Shown here: positions 27,874 through 36,188 of the stretch, in pieces | Layout of the letters: each line of letters opens with the position of its first letter | Numbering within the stretch: the stretch's first letter is position 1 | Assembly (NCBI GenBank): GCA_964396775.1 | Contig: CAYNHD010000001.1 | Span: forward strand, 1 to 45,065 | Length of the DNA: 45,065 nucleotides | Reading direction: 5' to 3' | Source: an uncultured Thermoflexus sp. | GTDB lineage: Bacteria > Chloroflexota > Anaerolineae > Aggregatilineales > Aggregatilineaceae | Notes under the pieces: generated by a model | Databases searched by the model: none | What the model saw: the letters and a program-made list of their open reading frames with translations, nothing else | Told to the model about the DNA's origin: nothing | Program-made: the position numbers and the translations under genes

Positions 27874-27893
27874 AACCTGTGTCGAACAGTGAC

Positions 27894-29264
27894 CTACTTC
27901 GCGGCGTCGAAGATGGGCTGCAAAGTAGCTAACAGCGCTTCGATCTCCGCGTCCACATCAAGACCTGGCGTCGCCTCCATGTTGATCGTCCAGTTCCTCA
28001 CGGCGACGAGTGCTTCTCTGTAGTTGGGCATGTTGCCTTCGTGGCTGGGGTTGTCGGGATAGTTGAAGCTTTCGAGCGCAACATCCCAGTTGACGCCCCA
28101 GGGGAAGCGCTCATCCAGAGCCGCCAGGAAGGACTCGGAGAACGCCGGGTCAGACGGGAATGCCCCATAGACTTGCAGCAGATCAGGCATGGCCGGGCCG
28201 GCTACCAGGTAGTCCAGCACCGCGAATGCTTCCTTCGGGTGCTCGGTGTACTTCAGGATCTTGAAAGTGTCAGCGTGCAGCTTGGACGTGTAGGTGCCGT
28301 TGTAGGACGGCACGACGGCGATATCCCAGTTGGGAACGTTGGTCAGGCAGCAGGTGTACCACAGATGGCTGTAGCCCATAGCGACGGCATTGGCATCGAA
28401 CCCGTTGCCAGCCGACAGCATGTCGCTCTGGTTATACGCGTAGTCGGGAGCGAAGTGATCCGTGTGCCAGGCCTGATAGAGCCACTTGATGCCCTCGCGC
28501 CAGTTCTCCGGCATCACCGCTTTCCCTGTCTCGGGATCATAGAACGAGCCGGCCCCGAAGGGAGAAGTCACCCCAGAGCGGATGTCATCGTTCCACCAAA
28601 TGGGCGAGTAGCCAAACTGGACGATGTTGGCGGGATCGAAATCGGGGCTGGTGGCGTTGTTGCCGTTAGCATCCAGCGTCAGCAGCATGGCGATCTCGCG
28701 CAGCTTGTCCACATCCCAGGGGTCGCCGTCAGCGTAGGGTTCGCCAAACGCCTGGGGCGGGTAGGGCACGCCCGCCACGTCGAACATGTCGCGGTTATAG
28801 AAGATGAACGACGAGAACGTGGCGAACGGGAGACCCGTCAGACCCTGCTCCGGGTCGCGGTAGAAGTCAACCAGGGCCTCAGGCCAGCGGCTCAGGTCAT
28901 AGTTGAGCTCTTCGATGATCGGGTCGAGGTCGAGGAAGGACCCCGCAAAGGACCAAGCGCCGGCGATGCCGACTGGACCGATGATGTCCGGGGCATCGCC
29001 ACTGGCGATCAACGTGGCGAGGGTGTCAGTGGCGACCTCGTTCTCGACGACGATGTGTTCCAGCTTGATGTCGTCATGTGAAGCGTTGAAGGCTTCGACG
29101 ACCGCGTTCTGAGCCTCAACATGCTGCGGCTGCCCGCCAGCGCCCAGGCCGATGAACCAGGTGATGACCACCGGTTCCTCCTGCGCGACAGCAGACGAGA
29201 ACGGCAAGGCCATCGCCGCCAGCATGGCGACCAGGACCAGGGTAATCGTTAGTTTGCGGGACAT
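27894..29264 (-). CDS. Extracellular sugar/oligosaccharide-binding protein of ABC transporter
   Basis: 456 aa. Signal peptide 'MSRKLTITLVLVAMLAAMALPFSSAVAQ'. Aromatic-rich family-1 SBP composition, in operon position ahead of the two permeases. Confidence 0.85.
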   Translation of the reverse strand: MSRKLTITLVLVAMLAAMALPFSSAVAQEEPVVITWFIGLGAGGQPQHVEAQNAVVEAFNASHDDIKLEHIVVENEVATDTLATLIASGDAPDIIGPVGIAGAWSFAGSFLDLDPIIEELNYDLSRWPEALVDFYRDPEQGLTGLPFATFSSFIFYNRDMFDVAGVPYPPQAFGEPYADGDPWDVDKLREIAMLLTLDANGNNATSPDFDPANIVQFGYSPIWWNDDIRSGVTSPFGAGSFYDPETGKAVMPENWREGIKWLYQAWHTDHFAPDYAYNQSDMLSAGNGFDANAVAMGYSHLWYTCCLTNVPNWDIAVVPSYNGTYTSKLHADTFKILKYTEHPKEAFAVLDYLVAGPAMPDLLQVYGAFPSDPAFSESFLAALDERFPWGVNWDVALESFNYPDNPSHEGNMPNYREALVAVRNWTINMEATPGLDVDAEIEALLATLQPIFDAAK

Positions 29265-29560
29265 GACCTCTTCTCCTGAAAGTGAGCTAGACAGTCCTTC
29301 AAACGATCGAGTATACGATGGGAATGGAACCGGAAAGGTTCGTCGGAACAGGATGGTTTGTGCGTCATGAACCTCCTTACTGGGCTAGACTGATGTCCAT
29401 TTGCAGATACCTGCGATAGTAGAAACCCGCTAGAACTTCGGCTCGCCCGTTGGAAGGTGATCGCCAGCAGATGAAGGTGATGCAGCTCCGCTTTCCTCAA
29501 TACCTTCTCCTTTCACTCTATGGCGGATTGGGATCATGCCGGATCGGTCACGCGCGCTGC

Positions 29561-30580
29561 TCAGGGACGCATCGCCCCGCATGTGGCCCGGATCACCAGC
29601 TCAGTCGGCAAGATGATATGGCGCGGCGGTTGCAGGGCTGTCTCCAGCAACTCGATCAGGATTTGCACCGCCAGAATGCCAGTGTAGCGCACTGGCTGGC
29701 GGATGGTGGTGAGCGGCGGGTCGGCCTGCGCGGCGAGGGGTAGATCGTCAAAGCCGATCAGCGCCACGTCGCCTGGAATCTCCAGCCCGGCCTCTTGAAT
29801 CGCCTGAATGGCTCCGAGGGCCATCGTATCGGTGGCCACAAAGACTGCATCAGGGCGCTGGGGCAGCAACTGGCGCATAGCCGTGTAGCCGCTGTCGCGG
29901 CTGAAGTCCCCCTCGGCTATCAGGCGCAGGTCAATCTCGCGCCCGCGTTCCTGCAGGGCCTTGAGATACCCCTCCCGGCGATCCAGGCCCACAGTCGAGT
30001 TCTGCGGGCCACAAATCGTCGCAATGCGCTGGTAGCCCAGGCGCAGCAAATGGCTGGTCGCCAGATAGGCTCCAGCCACATTATCCACATCTACAAAACT
30101 GGTGCGGCTGGCGTCGGGAGGGCGGCCCACGTATACAGCGGGAATCTGCCGGGCGATGATCTCAGGAATCAGGGGGTCTACGATTTTGTCGGCAGTCACG
30201 ATCAGGCCGTCCAGCAGACCAATCCCCAGCGCCCGCTGGTAGATCTTGTCCTGTTCGTCAGCCGAATGCAGAAGGAAGAGAGCCAGTGTGTAGTCGTTCA
30301 GATTGCAGGCGCGCGAAATGCCTTCGATAAGGGCCGGATAGTAGGGATCGGCGAAGACGAACTGGTTGACGCTGGGGATGAGCAGGCCGATGATATTGGA
30401 GCGCCGCGAGGCCAGGGTGCGCGCCGCCATATTGGGCTGGTAGCCCGTTTCCTCGATCACCTTCTGGACACGCGCGCGCAAGGCGGGGGACACGCTGTTG
30501 GGCTTGTTCACCACCCGCGACACGGTGGCACGTGATACACCCGCCAGCTTCGCGACTTCTTCCAGCGTAAGCTTCTTCAT
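29561..30580 (-). CDS. LacI-family transcriptional regulator
   Basis: HTH 'TLEEVAKLAGVSRATVSRVVN' followed by a sugar-binding domain (339 aa). Confidence 0.9.
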   Translation of the reverse strand: MKKLTLEEVAKLAGVSRATVSRVVNKPNSVSPALRARVQKVIEETGYQPNMAARTLASRRSNIIGLLIPSVNQFVFADPYYPALIEGISRACNLNDYTLALFLLHSADEQDKIYQRALGIGLLDGLIVTADKIVDPLIPEIIARQIPAVYVGRPPDASRTSFVDVDNVAGAYLATSHLLRLGYQRIATICGPQNSTVGLDRREGYLKALQERGREIDLRLIAEGDFSRDSGYTAMRQLLPQRPDAVFVATDTMALGAIQAIQEAGLEIPGDVALIGFDDLPLAAQADPPLTTIRQPVRYTGILAVQILIELLETALQPPRHIILPTELVIRATCGAMRP

Positions 30581-30606
30581 TGATCAACTCTTTGCGACTC
30601 GTTGCG

Positions 30607-30616
30607 AGAGCGCTCT
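30607..30616. promoter_or_regulatory. Candidate LacI-family operator, proximal (AGAGCGCTCT)
   Basis: Perfect 10-bp palindrome with a central CG, 27 nt upstream of the LacI ATG at 30580. The core resembles the CelR/CebR box TGGGAGCGCTCCCA. Confidence 0.4.
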
Positions 30617-30692
30617 ATGAACAAAATGATAGCTTCGCCCTCTTCTTGCCCAAAATGAGCGATGAGAGCAATCTATGGCGGGCAAGTATAAA

Positions 30693-30704
30693 GAGAGCGC
30701 TCTC
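30693..30704. promoter_or_regulatory. Candidate LacI-family operator, distal (GAGAGCGCTCTC)
   Basis: Perfect 12-bp palindrome sharing the AGAGCGCTCT core of the proximal site. It is next to TATACT, a possible -10 on the minus strand. Confidence 0.45.
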
Positions 30705-30767
30705 ACAATCTACCCACAGTATAGTGGAATCCGCGCCCAGAGTCAACTAATTGGCGGATGCGGGGTG

Positions 30768-30886
30768 CACGAACAAGTCGTGAGCGCGTCTGTCCCGCCC
30801 TTCCTCCAGCCCCTTCTCCCACGCAAGCGGCGGGAAGGAACCGGCGGGTGGGGGCGTTCTGGCAATTGCCCAACGACTTGTTCGTG
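30768..30886. repeat. 119-bp element bounded by a perfect 14-bp inverted repeat (long hairpin/MITE-like)
   Basis: CACGAACAAGTCGT (30768-30781) and ACGACTTGTTCGTG (30873-30886) are exact reverse complements. The interior carries CTTCC/GGAAG-type sub-hairpins like family A. It lies just 3' of the TDT gene stop. Confidence 0.55.
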
Positions 30887-30908
30887 GACCCGCGGCCAGG
30901 GAGTATGG

Positions 30909-32003
30909 TCAGTCAGGTGCCATCTTCATACTGCCCGCGCCGCTGTCCGCCTCTGAAGGGGTCTGGCCGGACGGCGCGGCGGCCAGGTTGACCGCCAGGC
31001 TGCGCAGCAGACCGGCAAAGGTCGCCAGCCAGGCAGCCAGCGCCACATAGACGAAGTACTCTGGAATGGTCTGCAGAAAGGTTAGCCCGGTAGCCTTCGA
31101 CAGTTGCAGCGTGCAGGTGGTATACATGCCCAGGGGGAAGACCATCCCCCAATACAGCGGATGGTAGGTCAGCGGGTAGCGCCTGTACACGTGCCGCCAG
31201 ACGCCCAGAATGACCAGCAGGGGAATCCACCAGGTCGCCGTCGCCCAGAAGAACAGGGTGAACCCCTTCAGAAACGGCATCAGCTCCGGCAGAAACTGCG
31301 AGCGTTCCGCGTTGAGCATCAGCGTTGCCCCAGCCAGCGTCGTGATCGCCACCGCGCCCATGTTGATCCAGTAGGGCAGCGTCAGGTCTTGCGGCTCCAG
31401 CTTCATGAACAGCAACCGGTAGAAGATCAGCGGGATGATCAGCAGGTACAACATGCAGCCGAGCAGATACATGCTCAGCGTAAAGAACAGCGCCTCCTGC
31501 ACGTGCTCGCCGAACTCAGACGACAGCAACGTGCCCAGGACGGAGACCGACTGCGTGGCTACGACCGCGATCAACCACGCCCCGTTGATGCCCGTCGCCA
31601 GGTCGGGCTTCTCCTGGCGCGTCGTTGCCACGCCGAAGAACAGGTAGATGAGCACTACCCAGATGGCGAGGGCCAAACCCCACAGCAACATGGCGCTGGA
31701 ACGATCTCCGGCCAGAATCACCAGTTGGCTGCCGAGCACGCCCGTCCCGGCCACCGTGGTGAAGAAGCCAGGCCCCTTGCTGTGACTGGCCAGGTCCGCG
31801 GCCAGCAGCACGCCGTAGCGGACGATGCGCGCGCCGGTCAGCAGCCACAGGATGACGTAGAACCCGACATTGAGGCGGAACAACCACCACCCCAGGGTTT
31901 TCAGGTCCAGCAGGTAGCAGGCAATGGAGACGATCCCCGTCGCCATCACCAGCGAGAAATAGCCGGGATACAGGGTCTTGACGCCATTCTCAATGGACTT
32001 CAC
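30909..32003 (-). CDS. TDT-family (TehA/Mae1/SLAC1-like) anion transporter
   Basis: 364 aa counted from the GTG at 32003, with AAGGAGGTG RBS and a GTGA overlap with the upstream stop. '[18 protein letters not shown]' is followed by about 10 TM segments. I rejected the 163-aa Arg/Gly-rich N-terminal extension of the track ORF. Confidence 0.78.
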   Translation of the reverse strand: MKSIENGVKTLYPGYFSLVMATGIVSIACYLLDLKTLGWWLFRLNVGFYVILWLLTGARIVRYGVLLAADLASHSKGPGFFTTVAGTGVLGSQLVILAGDRSSAMLLWGLALAIWVVLIYLFFGVATTRQEKPDLATGINGAWLIAVVATQSVSVLGTLLSSEFGEHVQEALFFTLSMYLLGCMLYLLIIPLIFYRLLFMKLEPQDLTLPYWINMGAVAITTLAGATLMLNAERSQFLPELMPFLKGFTLFFWATATWWIPLLVILGVWRHVYRRYPLTYHPLYWGMVFPLGMYTTCTLQLSKATGLTFLQTIPEYFVYVALAAWLATFAGLLRSLAVNLAAAPSGQTPSEADSGAGSMKMAPD

Positions 32004-32389
32004 GGCACCCCCACCTCCTTCGGCCAGGGCATGGCTGCGGCGACCGGCTGGCAGTAGCCGTCCCCGGCGCAGGCCCGGCAGAGGATCATCCCTTCGCGCA
32101 CGACTTCGCGCTCGTTGATGATCTCTTCGCCGCAAATCTGGCAGTTCACCCGGCAGCCAGGCTTGCTGAGCAGCTTTTCCAGCGAGGCCGTCAGCACGAC
32201 ATCCTGGGCGACAAGTAGCTCCTCGTCGGGCATCCGCTGGTAGCCGGCCAACTGCGCGTGCCAGCGGCTGCGGGCGTCCGGGGCATACGTCCAGGCGCGC
32301 TCGCGGCTCGCCGGAGAGGGGGCGATGCGCACCGCTCGGCCAGTCTGCGTGTCCACGAACGTCGCCGCCACCTTGCCGAAGTCCACCAC
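32000..32389 (-). CDS. FmdE-family C-terminal domain / zinc-ribbon protein (possibly frameshifted at its 5' end)
   Basis: '[21 protein letters not shown]' and the Cys4 ribbon '[25 protein letters not shown]' match the FmdE-like pattern. The canonical N-terminal HGHxCPG region is absent. Confidence 0.6.
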   Translation of the reverse strand: MVDFGKVAATFVDTQTGRAVRIAPSPASRERAWTYAPDARSRWHAQLAGYQRMPDEELLVAQDVVLTASLEKLLSKPGCRVNCQICGEEIINEREVVREGMILCRACAGDGYCQPVAAAMPWPKEVGVP

Positions 32390-32796
32390 GCGCAGCGTGC
32401 GCCCCCCTGGCCCTCACAGCCGCCGCCTTGTTGCAGAGTGAGATACACCCTCTGGCAGCGCGGCCCACCGGCAAGTACATACCTTTTTCCACCGATATAC
32501 ATCGAACGCCCGATAGATGGATGGGTCCTCGTGCCGGATAATGGGATTATCTGCTGCCCGATTTTTCAGCAAGCAGACCAAGAGAGACGACAACGGATTA
32601 CGACTGAGCAGTGCTCCTGGGGTCTGGGGAAAAAAAGCCGCCAAACACCGAGACAGGGTACATCATGTCTCCAGGTCATACGACGAAAGGAGGCAACCAA
32701 GAGCAGCTACACCGAATCAGACGCAGCGACAGACCAAGAGACTGCATCCTATAACCTACCTAAAGTAGAGCAGAGACAGAAATAAGGAGAAATAAC

Positions 32797-33276
32797 ATGC
32801 AACCCACGTCGAATAAGGAGTATTTGTGGCGGCCGGAAGGGCGCGCAGCGGCCGCGGCGAAAGTGAAAGCCGCGAGAATCAAGAAAGGCGTTACCTACAA
32901 AGCGTTGGCCGAGAAACTCGGCGTGAGCAAGACCTGGCTGGCCTGCGCTATTGATGGTCAGCAGTGGGTCCCGCAGGAATACGCTGACAAGATCGCCCAG
33001 GAGTTGGACATTACGGCGGCGGATGTAGCCTATATGACGGAGCACCCCTACAAGGGCTACGCAGATCCGATTCTCTACCGGCTGCATGAGGTGTTTGACA
33101 CCTTCGGCCCGGCTTTGAAAGAGCTGATTCACGAAGAGTTCGGCAATGCGATCATGAGCGCCATTGACTTCAAGGTGGATGTTGAGCGCCGCCCGGATCC
33201 CAAGGGAGATCGCATCATCATCACCTTTGACGGGAAGTGCCTGCCGTACAGCCTCGCCGGGAAGTACCCCTGGTAA
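32797..33276 (+). CDS. cynS: Cyanate hydratase (cyanase)
   Basis: 159 aa. The C-terminal catalytic domain 'ILYRLHEVFDTFGPALKELIHEEFGNAIMSAIDFKVDVERRPDPKGDRIIITFDGKCLPY' is collinear with E. coli CynS ('[37 protein letters not shown]...ITLDGKYLP'). AAGGAG RBS. Confidence 0.92.
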   Translation: MQPTSNKEYLWRPEGRAAAAAKVKAARIKKGVTYKALAEKLGVSKTWLACAIDGQQWVPQEYADKIAQELDITAADVAYMTEHPYKGYADPILYRLHEVFDTFGPALKELIHEEFGNAIMSAIDFKVDVERRPDPKGDRIIITFDGKCLPYSLAGKYPW

Positions 33277-33371
33277 GGCCCGTGTGAACCTCGTGTTCCA
33301 GGGCAAGTGGCTTGCCTACAAGAAGTACCAGGCCGCTGCAGGCAAGCGTTAACAAGCACCACTGAATAGAC

Positions 33372-33406
33372 AGGGCACGTCACTTTTAGACAAGCTGGCG
33401 TGCCCT
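33372..33406 (+). terminator. Weak stem-loop between cynS and the HPP gene
   Basis: AGGGCACG..(19-nt loop)..CGTGCCCT followed by 'tcataat'. The large loop makes it weak. Confidence 0.25.
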
Positions 33407-33433
33407 TCATAATGGCCCTTCACGGAGGGAACT

Positions 33434-33973
33434 GTGTCAGAACAAGCGACTCCATCCTATCTTGAAAGACTTAAAGGGGGCAAACTGCGCTCTGGCCTGC
33501 CTTATCCCCATTGGCAAGATGTCCTGATCGCTGGGGTGGGCGGGCTGATCATCATTGCGCTGTTGCAGCTCGTGCAAACGGAATGGGACCTGGCCCAGTG
33601 CTTCATTGTCCCGTTCGGCGCGACGGCGGTGCTGGTGTTTTCCGCGCCCGCCGCGCCGTTTTCGCAGCCGCGCAACATCGTCGGCGGGCACTTGCTCTCC
33701 GCGCTGACAGGCATCGTCGTCTATACCCTCTTCGAAGAGACTGCCTGGTGGACCCTGGGGCTGGCCAACGGCATTGCCATCATGCTGATGGTTGCCACCA
33801 AGACCGTCCACCCGCCCGCCGGCGCAACCTCGCTGCTACCCGTCATCGGCTGCACGACCGAACTGGACTGGCTGCTCTCACCGGTGCTGGTCGGCTGCCT
33901 GATCGTCCTGGTGGTCGGCATTCTGTATAACAACATATGGGCCAAGCGGAGATACCCGGCCTTCTGGTTCTAA
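33434..33973 (+). CDS. HPP-family integral membrane protein
   Basis: 179 aa with 4-5 TM segments. Eponymous motif 'KTVHPPAGATSLLPV'. GTG start with GGAGGG 5 nt upstream. Confidence 0.8.
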   Translation: MSEQATPSYLERLKGGKLRSGLPYPHWQDVLIAGVGGLIIIALLQLVQTEWDLAQCFIVPFGATAVLVFSAPAAPFSQPRNIVGGHLLSALTGIVVYTLFEETAWWTLGLANGIAIMLMVATKTVHPPAGATSLLPVIGCTTELDWLLSPVLVGCLIVLVVGILYNNIWAKRRYPAFWF

Positions 33974-34208
33974 GCGAGCCAGTAGCGGAGGGGACAATCC
34001 AGGTGAGGCAAGGGTGTGGGCAGAGGCTCATCACCTTCCCCTGTGTCATCGCCGATCAGTGGAGAAGGGAGAGCAGGCATTCTGTCTCCCTTCTTTGCTG
34101 GCGGGGACAGATCAGCGAGGATGCCAGGTGTCCTCTCGCCACCTCCCCACGTCACAGGGGGTGTATAATGATGGCAGGAGTCCGAATAGACTATGGCGGT
34201 GAAGGATC

Positions 34209-35309
34209 ATGTTACTGAATGTTTTGGACACTCTGCCCGTAGGTGTATTCATTCTGGACAGCCGTTTCCGCGTGAGACGGGTGAACTCGAAGATTGAGGA
34301 GTTTTTTGCCATTCCCCGCGCAGAATTGCTGGGGCAAGACAAGCGCCGCCTGGTTCGCGAGCGCATCTCGGTCATCATCGAGGGGGGCGCCGACTTCCGC
34401 CAGCGCGTCTTGGCGACCTACGACTCAAACACTTACGTCGAGAACTTCGTGTGCCATGTGCTGCCCGGCAACGGTCGCCAGGAACGCTGGCTGGAGCACT
34501 ACAGCCAGCCGGTGCGTCAGGGAGACGCAATTGTTGGCCGGGCCGAGGTCTACTGCGACGTGACCGAGCGAATTCAGTCTGAGGAGGAGATCAACTGGAT
34601 CTCGACTCAGTTCATGCAGGTGCAAGAAAGAGAAAAGGCGAACATCGCCAGCAACCTGCACAACCAGGTAGGGCAGACTGTCATCGCGCTGCGTTTCGCC
34701 CTGGAAAACCTGCACGCCTCCTTGCGCGAGCGCGAAGAACTGTGCTACGAGCAGGAACAGCTGGAACAGATTATCCGCCGTGCTGAGGAAATTGGGTGCG
34801 AGATCAGCCACATTTCCAGCGACCTGCTGCCCTCCACACTCAAACCGTTCGGTATCCAGGAGACGTTGCGCTGGATGGCCGGCTACTACAAGTCGCTGTA
34901 TGGCATTACGGTGGACTGCCAGTTCCTCGGCTTGCAGGACAAGCGTTTCGCGCCAGAGGTCGAGGTGGTGCTCTTCCGTATCTTCCAGGAAGGGCTGAAC
35001 AACGTGGTCAAGCACGCTCAAACCGCCCTGGTTCAGTGCAAGCTGATCTACAGCCATCCCCGGATCATCGTCATGATCCAGGACCAGGGCCGGGGCTTTG
35101 ACCAGGCGACACATCAGTTGGGCGCTGGTCTGCGCATCATGCAGCAGCGCGTGGCAGAGCTAGGGGGCACGCTCAAGATCAGCTCCAAAGTGAACTGCGG
35201 CACTACCCTCCGGGCGGTCATCCCGGATGTCGTTCCAGTGAACAGCACGGAGTCCCCCAGGCAGCGGACCCCCATAGACGTAGCGGCGCTGGTAGGCCCA
35301 GGCGGATAA
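34209..35309 (+). CDS. Cytoplasmic PAS-domain sensor histidine kinase (HisKA_3/NarX-type)
   Basis: No TM segment. PAS region 'LDTLPVGVFILDSRFRVRRVNSKIEEFFAIPRAELLGQD'. H-box 'EREKANIASNLHNQVGQ'. HATPase region 'QDQGRGF...GAGLRIMQQRVAELGGTL'. Confidence 0.85.
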   Translation: MLLNVLDTLPVGVFILDSRFRVRRVNSKIEEFFAIPRAELLGQDKRRLVRERISVIIEGGADFRQRVLATYDSNTYVENFVCHVLPGNGRQERWLEHYSQPVRQGDAIVGRAEVYCDVTERIQSEEEINWISTQFMQVQEREKANIASNLHNQVGQTVIALRFALENLHASLREREELCYEQEQLEQIIRRAEEIGCEISHISSDLLPSTLKPFGIQETLRWMAGYYKSLYGITVDCQFLGLQDKRFAPEVEVVLFRIFQEGLNNVVKHAQTALVQCKLIYSHPRIIVMIQDQGRGFDQATHQLGAGLRIMQQRVAELGGTLKISSKVNCGTTLRAVIPDVVPVNSTESPRQRTPIDVAALVGPGG

Positions 35310-35324
35310 TCCAGGGAGCGTGCC

Positions 35325-36056
35325 ATGCCTGCCTCAGAGCGGGACCAGCGGAAGATTGCCGTCGTTCTAGCCGATGATCACCCCCTGATTCGTGAGGGGC
35401 TGGCCAACATTATTGATTCCCAGCCCGATATGCATGTCATTGGACGGGCTTCCGACGGCGGCGAGGCGCTCGACATCACGCGCAAGCTGATACCCGATGT
35501 CGTGCTGCTGGACATCTCAATGCCCGGTTTCAGCGGGTTGGGGGTAATTGGACAGATCAAGTCTTGCACTTCAGCCTCCAAGCGGCCCGTCCAGATCGTG
35601 ATCGTCACCATGTACAGCCGGGAGAGCGTAGTCCTGCAGGCGTTGAATGCGGGGGTGCTGGGCTTCGTCACCAAGACCTCGCCCAGTTGCGAGGTCATTC
35701 ACGCGATCCGCAGAGCCTCCAGGGGAGATTACTACCTAAGCCAGGACATTTCCAACCGGGTCATTCAGGAATACTTGAAGGGCAGCCAGGCCCAGATGCC
35801 CAACACACACTACGACCTGCTCACCGAGCGCGAGCAGGAAATCTTTCACCTGCTCGTCGAGGGCCATTCTAACCGCGCCATTGCCGATCTGCTCTGCATC
35901 AGCGCCGCAACCGTCGCCCGGCATCGTGCGAACATCATGGCCAAGCTGAAAGTACACAGTTTCCGCGAGCTGATCGGGTACGCCGTGCACATCGGCATCC
36001 TCGAACCTGAGCTAGACGATTTGTGTGACTGCCCGGATTGCCCAGAAAACCGGTAA
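35325..36056 (+). CDS. NarL/FixJ-family response regulator (REC + LuxR HTH)
   Basis: 'VVLADDHPLIREGL..DVVLLDISMPG' (REC domain) and 'LTEREQEIFHLLVEGHSNRAIADLLCISAATVARHRANIMAKL' (HTH). It carries an unusual C-terminal tail 'LDDLCDCPDCPENR'. Confidence 0.9.
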   Translation: MPASERDQRKIAVVLADDHPLIREGLANIIDSQPDMHVIGRASDGGEALDITRKLIPDVVLLDISMPGFSGLGVIGQIKSCTSASKRPVQIVIVTMYSRESVVLQALNAGVLGFVTKTSPSCEVIHAIRRASRGDYYLSQDISNRVIQEYLKGSQAQMPNTHYDLLTEREQEIFHLLVEGHSNRAIADLLCISAATVARHRANIMAKLKVHSFRELIGYAVHIGILEPELDDLCDCPDCPENR

Positions 36057-36104
36057 GCGGACGAGATTTGACGTTCAAGACAGGTCGCGCGCACATGACA
36101 GGTT

Positions 36105-36134
36105 GTAGGGGCAGGTTCGCAAACCCGCCCTTAT
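36105..36134. repeat. Degenerate member of the GTAGGGGC..GCCCCTAC palindrome family
   Basis: 'gtaggggcaggttcgcaaacccgcccttat' forms a 12-bp stem with 2 mismatches. It lies 3' of the response regulator gene and is related to 9121-9150. Confidence 0.45.
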
Positions 36135-36188
36135 AAGCGACTTCCAAACACGATTGTCAATTCGCATGAGAGGGCGCGCCCGCCGGCC

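Noticed and set aside
29249-29500. 83-aa ORF in the LacI-SBP intergenic gap, and the recurring GCTAGAC(A/T)G words there
   Set aside because: The ORF overlaps the SBP start, has no RBS and no motif. The three GCTAGA-type words are direct, short, and not arranged as a dyad, so they are not enough to call an operator.
32004-32492. N-terminal 163-aa extension of the 527-aa track ORF (30909-32492)
   Set aside because: The extension is Arg/Gly/Ala-rich and overlaps the motif-bearing FmdE-like ORF in another frame. A GTG at 32003 with an AAGGAGGTG RBS starts exactly where the TDT-family similarity and hydrophobic segments begin.
32517-32768. Small ORFs in the cynS / FmdE divergent region (32414-32644, 32517-32768, and a 29-codon ATG ORF at 32665)
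   Set aside because: The region is AT-richer and promoter-like. The ORFs lack an RBS, have odd composition, and overlap each other in different frames. I found no convincing missing FmdE N-terminus (HGHxCPG) in any frame.
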